Origin: Gemmatimonadales bacterium UBA2989
GTDB lineage: Bacteria > Gemmatimonadota > Gemmatimonadetes > Longimicrobiales > Gaopeijiaceae
Length of the DNA stretch: 64,000 nt
Assembly (NCBI GenBank): GCA_002346625.1
Contig: DEAF01000010.1
Coordinates: forward strand, 9,601-73,600
Reading direction: 5' to 3'
The notes under the pieces were generated by a model. That model had not been told where the DNA came from, did not search any database, and saw only the letters and a list, made by a program, of their open reading frames with translations. Below, one piece after another: positions 58,773 through 64,000 of this stretch (the stretch's first letter is position 1; every line of letters starts with the position of its first letter). Position numbers and translations under genes: made by a program.

Positions 58773-61529
58773 CTAATCCATTTCCGATTCTGCTTTTGCT
58801 ACAGCCATTCGAACATTCATTACAGTATCTGGCGTAACAGAAATTGAAGTGATCCCAGAATGGACAAGGAATGGGGGCACTTCATCAGGAAAATCAGAAG
58901 GTGCCTGCCCACAGATTCCTATGGATAATCCTTTGGATGTGAACTTTTCAATTGCAGACTTAATCATATGCTTTACCGCTGGAGAACGGGCATCTACAGG
59001 ATTGCTATAGTCCTCTAAGTCGTCTCTAGAAACAGCGTAGACAGTCTGTACTAGGTCGTTTGAACCTATAGACCCCCCGGTTAGTTGCATGCTTTCAATA
59101 AATCTCTCAGCATCGATAATGTTAGAAGGAAGTTCCACCATTAGATATAGAGGCACGTCAGATGCAGGAGAAATCTTGTGACGATCAAGTTGTCGTACCA
59201 CCTGAGCGCCTTCTTCTGGAGTACGGCAAAAAGGTATCATAACCTCGAGATTATCTAGCCCAATCTTATGGCGTACAATCCTTAGCGCATCACATTCCAT
59301 GTCGAAAGCTGGCAAAAAGCGTGGATCCACATAACGTGATGCCCCTCGCCATGCTATCATAGGATTTTCTTCTTGAGGCTCGAAAATACGTCCGCCCAAA
59401 AGTTCTCGATACTCATTAGATTTGAGATCTGAAAGTCTTACCAAAACAGGCCTTGGATAAAAAGCAGAACATATGAGTGCAACACCGTAATAGACCTGGT
59501 CTACGAAAAACTGGCGGCGATCAACATAGGTGGGCGTACGACGTTCTATGGCTCCTAAAAGGGTATTAAGTTCGTGGTGATCGAAACCCTCTATTGACTC
59601 TCGGAAGGGCTCTAGTTCGGGTGCTATATCTCCTGTTTCTAGAAATTTTAAGAGTTCATCGTAATAAAGCAGTGCTAACGGATGAATACCTACCTGAGCA
59701 GTTAAAATGAACTCTAAGCGAGCCAATCCTACTCCGTCACTGGGAAGCATAGCATCCTGGAGTGCTTTTGACGGAAACCCTACGTTGAGTTTTACTTTAG
59801 TGTGAACATCAGGAAGATCTCCTAGGTCAACTCTTCGCACCTCGAAAGGGTGCTCTCCTTCGTAAACAACTCCGACCTCACCTTCTGCACAAGACCCTGT
59901 CACCAAGCTCATCGGCTCGAGTATTGTAGTAGCACCCTCACACCCAACAATCGCTGGAATTCCAAATTCCCTGGCCACAATAGCGGCATGAGAGGTGCGA
60001 CCACCCTTTTCAGTAATAACTAGGGAAGCTTCCTTCATCATTGGCTCCCAATCTGGAGTCGTGAGAGATGTTACTAAAACATCTCCAGAATCAAAAACAT
60101 GATCTTCAATAGGGATATTTTCTATAGGAATACCATCCCTAAGCATATTTCTGAGGAGCCTTTTCCTCTCTATTACTTCTTGGTAATCATCATATACCCT
60201 GATCTTTCCCGATCCTATGCGTGTTCCCACAGCTTGTCCTGTTAATATTATTTTCCCTGCTTCATTCAGCTCTTTTATGAGGGCTTTATCCATGGAATAT
60301 GTCTCAAGAATATTCTTATGAGCCTCTCCTGAATGGATAGTTTCAGGACGTGCCTGAACAATAAATAGATCTCCACTATGACCGTCCTTAGCCCATTCGA
60401 CATCCATCGGTCTTTCATAATGATCTTCTATGGCCAGAGCCATATTTCCCAACTCTATTACCTCATCAGTAGTCAAGGACCACATTCGACGGTGGGCAGC
60501 CTCTACATCCACACTTTCCGTAGTTGTACCCCCTTGTGTGGAATAAACAAGTTTCTGATCCTTAGCCCCTAGCCAACGGTGAACTATAGCCGGTCGATTT
60601 CTACGTAGCCCCTCTTTCCATATCAGAAAAAAGTCCGGAGAAACCGTACCTTGAACTAATAGTTCTCCTAAACCAAAAGATGATGAGACATTGATAACAT
60701 TCTGGTTGCCAGATTCAGGATCCATGGTGAACATCACTCCCGATGCGGCGATATCTGATCTTACCATCTTCATAATAACTACCGAGACAGCTCCTTCTAA
60801 TGGATCCATTTCCCGTGCGAGCTGATAGCTAATAGCACGTTCTGCGAATGCACTGGCACAGCATTTCTTCCACGCCTCAGCAATTTTGTCTGATCCCCTA
60901 ACATTCAGATATGATTCATACTGACCCGCAAAAGATGCTAACTCTGAATCCTCACGGGTGGCAGAAGAACGCACTGCCGTGTCCACTTCCCCCCCGTACT
61001 CAATACAGAGGTCCTTATACCCTTCAGATATAGCGATCTTGATGACATCTGGTACTGGTGTAGAACTGACTAAACTCTGCGCAAACTCAGCACAAGCATG
61101 CATCTCTAGGTGATCTTCAAAACGAGTATTATGAAAAAGTATATTCAGAGCATTCCAAAGCGTTCCTGACTCCAGTATCTCTGATATAACTGATTCCAAT
61201 GATTCATGAACTGGAATATTTTTCCAGTATTCAGAAGATACTGTAGAATTGAGGAAGACTTCGTATGCATTAGCTGTAACTACAAAACCATTGGGGATCC
61301 GCACACCTTTACTGTTCAGATTCTGGTACATCTCGCCCAAGGAGGACCCTTTCCCTCCCACAACAGATTTGTCTTCCGTACTAATATCTCTGAACCAGCA
61401 AATCATATTTAGAGCTTTTGAATTAGATTGCGGATCGGAAGGATTACTTTCTCCGTGAAGCCCATCAATTTTAGTAGATATAGAGCTTTTACCAGATGTC
61501 ATATTGCCTTTAGGCTTGTATGATGGCAA
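58773..61529 (-). CDS. ppsA: Phosphoenolpyruvate synthase (pyruvate, water dikinase), long form
   Basis: N-terminal ATP-grasp motif VGGKGSSLGEM, central phosphohistidine motif GGRTSHAAIVAREFGIPAIVG, and a C-terminal PEP-utilizer TIM barrel with GICGQAPSD. Alternative starts are Met10 or Met42 (61406). Confidence 0.92.
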   Translation of the reverse strand: MPSYKPKGNMTSGKSSISTKIDGLHGESNPSDPQSNSKALNMICWFRDISTEDKSVVGGKGSSLGEMYQNLNSKGVRIPNGFVVTANAYEVFLNSTVSSEYWKNIPVHESLESVISEILESGTLWNALNILFHNTRFEDHLEMHACAEFAQSLVSSTPVPDVIKIAISEGYKDLCIEYGGEVDTAVRSSATREDSELASFAGQYESYLNVRGSDKIAEAWKKCCASAFAERAISYQLAREMDPLEGAVSVVIMKMVRSDIAASGVMFTMDPESGNQNVINVSSSFGLGELLVQGTVSPDFFLIWKEGLRRNRPAIVHRWLGAKDQKLVYSTQGGTTTESVDVEAAHRRMWSLTTDEVIELGNMALAIEDHYERPMDVEWAKDGHSGDLFIVQARPETIHSGEAHKNILETYSMDKALIKELNEAGKIILTGQAVGTRIGSGKIRVYDDYQEVIERKRLLRNMLRDGIPIENIPIEDHVFDSGDVLVTSLTTPDWEPMMKEASLVITEKGGRTSHAAIVAREFGIPAIVGCEGATTILEPMSLVTGSCAEGEVGVVYEGEHPFEVRRVDLGDLPDVHTKVKLNVGFPSKALQDAMLPSDGVGLARLEFILTAQVGIHPLALLYYDELLKFLETGDIAPELEPFRESIEGFDHHELNTLLGAIERRTPTYVDRRQFFVDQVYYGVALICSAFYPRPVLVRLSDLKSNEYRELLGGRIFEPQEENPMIAWRGASRYVDPRFLPAFDMECDALRIVRHKIGLDNLEVMIPFCRTPEEGAQVVRQLDRHKISPASDVPLYLMVELPSNIIDAERFIESMQLTGGSIGSNDLVQTVYAVSRDDLEDYSNPVDARSPAVKHMIKSAIEKFTSKGLSIGICGQAPSDFPDEVPPFLVHSGITSISVTPDTVMNVRMAVAKAESEMD

Positions 61530-61788
61530 TAACTGAAGCCATCTTCAAATTTAGATTTGATTTTCTGACATTCCACACCTTCATACCCACAACCTCACAC
61601 ATCTTTTTCACTGGGTTGTCCGCCTCCTGAAGATTGAAATTTTTGCAAATTCAAAAAGAGAAATCCCCAGACATGCAAACCCTACTTGACTACGTAGATT
61701 ATTGCAGGGAAAATCTAACATCTTTTTCTCTATATTTACTAATATTTTGTTTAATTCAGGTGTACGCTGACACCTCTTCAACGGATGA

Positions 61789-63381
61789 ATGGCTATTAAA
61801 AATCTTCTTTCATTACTAAAAGAGTTAAGCTCTCAGCAAAGCGTATACGCGTTTAGGTTCAGTAGGACTCAGAGGGCTGGCCTGATCCTTGGACCAGTTA
61901 CGTTTCTCGCAATTATCTTTTCAGATCTCGATCCAGGCAACCCTGCAACCACACGCATGGCCGCTGTGGCCTTACTTATGTTCATCTGGTGGATCACCGA
62001 GGCCATCCCTCTCTTCACGACAGCCCTCCTTCCTTTGGTTCTCTTTCCATTCTTGGGAATCGAAAGAGGAGAGATCACAGCACCTTTATATTTCAACAGC
62101 ACCATTGCCCTATTCATGGGCGGTTTCATGATAGCTCTCACTATGGAGAAATGGGACCTGCACCGTCGTATCGCCCTCAAGATTATACGTGAAATGGGTG
62201 GGGGTCCGTCTCAGATTATTTTTGGTTTCATGATTGCCGCAGCATTCCTATCTATGTGGATATCCAATACGGCTACAGCAATGATGATGGTGCCCATAGG
62301 ACTTGCTATAATCCTCGAGATGGAAAATGAACACGGCGTCGATGACACTCACAATTTTTCAGTGGGAGTCATGCTCGCTATCGGATTTGCATGCTCAGTA
62401 GGAGGAATGGCAACTCTGGTGGGCACACCGCCTAACCTTGTTCTTGTGAGAATATTCCAGATTATGTTTCCCAATGCACCTGCTATTTCCTTCGGCCAAT
62501 GGATCCTTTTGGGATTTCCCATCTCAGTGATAATGCTGGGGATAGCATGGCTATTGATTACAAAAATATTTTTTCGGGTCCCTAAGCACATCACGGTTGA
62601 TAATGATCTTGTAGAAAAACAATATCTAGCACTGGGACCGCCAACTTATGAAGAGAAAACCGTCTTGGCGGTATTCGTAACTACAGCACTTCTATGGGTA
62701 TTTAGAGTGCCAATACAGCTAGGATTTATTACGATTCCGGGCTGGTCACAGCTAATACCTTTCCCAGGCCTTATCGATGATGGCACGATAGCCATAGCCA
62801 TGTCTATTATCTTGTTTCTTATACCTAGCAGAACTCCCGGTACAGCCTATCCTACTCTTGCTGGCAAAGACCTCATTCCTCGTCTTCCGTGGAATATCAT
62901 GCTCATATTTGGGGGTGGCTTCGCTCTCGCACATGGATTCACTGTTACAGGATTGTCGGTGCTCATTGGAAATCAATTCTCCGGACTCACCCAAATATCA
63001 CCGATTGTGATGATCATCTCTGTATGCCTCACCCTGACATTTCTTACAGAGATGAGTTCCAATACTGCTACTACAGAAATGATACTCCCTATACTGGCCT
63101 CAGTAGCCGTGATCACCAATACTCATCCTTTAATGCTTATGATACCTGCCACACTAGCAGCATCCTGTGCATTCATGATGCCAGTAGCAACTCCACCAAA
63201 TGCGATTATCTTCGGAAGTAACCGGGTCCGGATTTTTGAGATGGCTAAAATAGGATTTTTCCTAAACCTTGCTGGCATCCTAGTAATCTCATTTGTCTTC
63301 ATCTTCCTTGGAACGACAGTCTTCGGCATTGATACCGGTATTACACCAGAATGGGCTACCCTTGGAGAGACAAGGCATTAG
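61789..63381 (+). CDS. DASS/SLC13-family sodium-coupled anion (sulfate/di-tricarboxylate) symporter
   Basis: Polytopic 530-aa protein with the two hairpin-tip motifs ISNTATAMMM and SSNTATTEMI. Confidence 0.88.
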   Translation: MAIKNLLSLLKELSSQQSVYAFRFSRTQRAGLILGPVTFLAIIFSDLDPGNPATTRMAAVALLMFIWWITEAIPLFTTALLPLVLFPFLGIERGEITAPLYFNSTIALFMGGFMIALTMEKWDLHRRIALKIIREMGGGPSQIIFGFMIAAAFLSMWISNTATAMMMVPIGLAIILEMENEHGVDDTHNFSVGVMLAIGFACSVGGMATLVGTPPNLVLVRIFQIMFPNAPAISFGQWILLGFPISVIMLGIAWLLITKIFFRVPKHITVDNDLVEKQYLALGPPTYEEKTVLAVFVTTALLWVFRVPIQLGFITIPGWSQLIPFPGLIDDGTIAIAMSIILFLIPSRTPGTAYPTLAGKDLIPRLPWNIMLIFGGGFALAHGFTVTGLSVLIGNQFSGLTQISPIVMIISVCLTLTFLTEMSSNTATTEMILPILASVAVITNTHPLMLMIPATLAASCAFMMPVATPPNAIIFGSNRVRIFEMAKIGFFLNLAGILVISFVFIFLGTTVFGIDTGITPEWATLGETRH

Positions 63382-63469
63382 AAAGCATCGGTCATATCAA
63401 TTCCGAACCTGAGCAATACCTTATAGAAGAACCATCAAGTAGAGATTAGTCCAGCAAGGGCCTTCCCAA

Positions 63470-64000
63470 TTACAGAATTCTGATAAATTTTGAGTACTTG
63501 ATGACAAAGGACCTCATTATTGGTCCATATATACTGGCAATCCCATGAGTCTCTTGGGATTCGTTGTATACTAAATAAAGTCCGGTGCCTGCAGTATCAA
63601 GTAGACCAAAACGTGTATTTATCGACCAGATGTCTGCCTGGCTTGAGTACTGAATCAGGGTCTGCAGAAAAACTCGTGGAGTAAAGAAATAACCAAACTT
63701 CATGCTCACCAGCGTAACTTTGAAATTGCCTTGGTTCAACTGTACATCGTTATGATCTATTTTTACTTCAGTCGTCAGGACCGGATTACGATAAGTAATG
63801 GTGGCGTCACCGCCGTAACGTCTACCTGAAAAAAACGATCCAGCACGAACAAGTCCTCTAGCCGAAAACCGTGCAGATGGGTCGGTTCTCATTTCAAAAG
63901 CTGGAAGGAAATTGTTGTAGTTGCCTACTGGTATTACTACACCCGGTGCAATATGAAAATTCTCCCTGAGTCCTTCTTGGTAGAAGTTTAACTCTGGACC
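63470..64000 (-). CDS. C-terminal part of a large outer-membrane beta-barrel-like protein (DUF5916-like); continues past window end
   Basis: The reading frame stays open upstream of the track's Met (63892) to position 64000 (GPELNFYQEGLRENFHIAPG...). It shows an alternating beta-strand pattern and an LYLVYNESQ-type C-terminal motif. The family assignment is from memory only. Confidence 0.45.
   Translation of the reverse strand, partial: GPELNFYQEGLRENFHIAPGVVIPVGNYNNFLPAFEMRTDPSARFSARGLVRAGSFFSGRRYGGDATITYRNPVLTTEVKIDHNDVQLNQGNFKVTLVSMKFGYFFTPRVFLQTLIQYSSQADIWSINTRFGLLDTAGTGLYLVYNESQETHGIASIYGPIMRSFVIKYSKFIRIL

Noticed and set aside
61634-61819. 61-aa plus-strand ORF in the ppsA/DASS spacer
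   Set aside because: It has a non-ATG start, overlaps the DASS transporter start in another frame, and has no motif or SD.
1-64000. Search for CRISPR arrays, transposases/IS ends, toxin-antitoxin pairs, restriction-modification or other defence modules, rRNA or large tandem repeats
   Set aside because: None was seen. Every ORF longer than 100 aa outside annotated genes is an antisense shadow. Intergenic spacers are at most 370 nt and contain only the short repeats reported above. By-eye scanning cannot exclude dispersed short repeats.

Overview
This 64-kb window looks like core chromosome from a moderately AT-rich diderm bacterium. LptF/LptG, TolC, a TonB-dependent receptor and an HtrA protease are present. 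The genetic code is standard, with TGA used as a stop. Taxon cannot be assigned without a search.

I can support about 55 protein genes, most with clear family motifs, and one tRNA-Leu(UAG). I saw no rRNA, CRISPR array, transposase, phage gene or recognisable defence gene.

Gene content by region:
- 1-773: start of an atp operon.
- 7.0-18.3 kb: a co-directional protein quality-control block (dnaK, htrA, tRNA-Leu, tig, clpP, clpX, lon, engB), followed convergently by a sigma-54 enhancer-binding protein.
- 20-28 kb: gcvT-mog, then topA-trmFO-xerC and aroC-aroK.
- 33.6-42 kb: lptFG, a dapF-like gene, metH and a divergent MTHFR-like gene.
- 42-46 kb: pepP and an S9 peptidase.
- 46-49 kb: a TonB-dependent receptor followed by three small envelope ORFs.
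- 49-64 kb: thrC, an ECF sigma / ZAS anti-sigma pair, a tolC-macAB-type efflux operon, a cytochrome-c/beta-propeller fusion, ppsA and a DASS transporter.

I did not find a convincing novel multi-gene system. The region is mostly housekeeping. The best leads are single-locus oddities:
1. A near-consensus sigma-54 -24/-12 promoter in front of dnaK, with an upstream perfect palindrome and direct repeats. A second, weaker sigma-54-like site precedes the S9-peptidase/pepP genes.
2. A DapF-family protein with both catalytic cysteines replaced by serine.
3. A structured metH leader with a pseudoknot-capable hairpin, a terminator-like hairpin and a coupled uORF.
4. A gamma-carbonic-anhydrase-like protein with a Cys-rich zinc-ribbon tail.
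5. A PSCyt1-type cytochrome c domain fused to a YVTN beta-propeller.
6. AAC-N17-CGTA ECF-type promoter motifs upstream of both the ECF sigma gene and htrA.

All of these come from reading the sequence by eye. None has been checked by database search or by computation.
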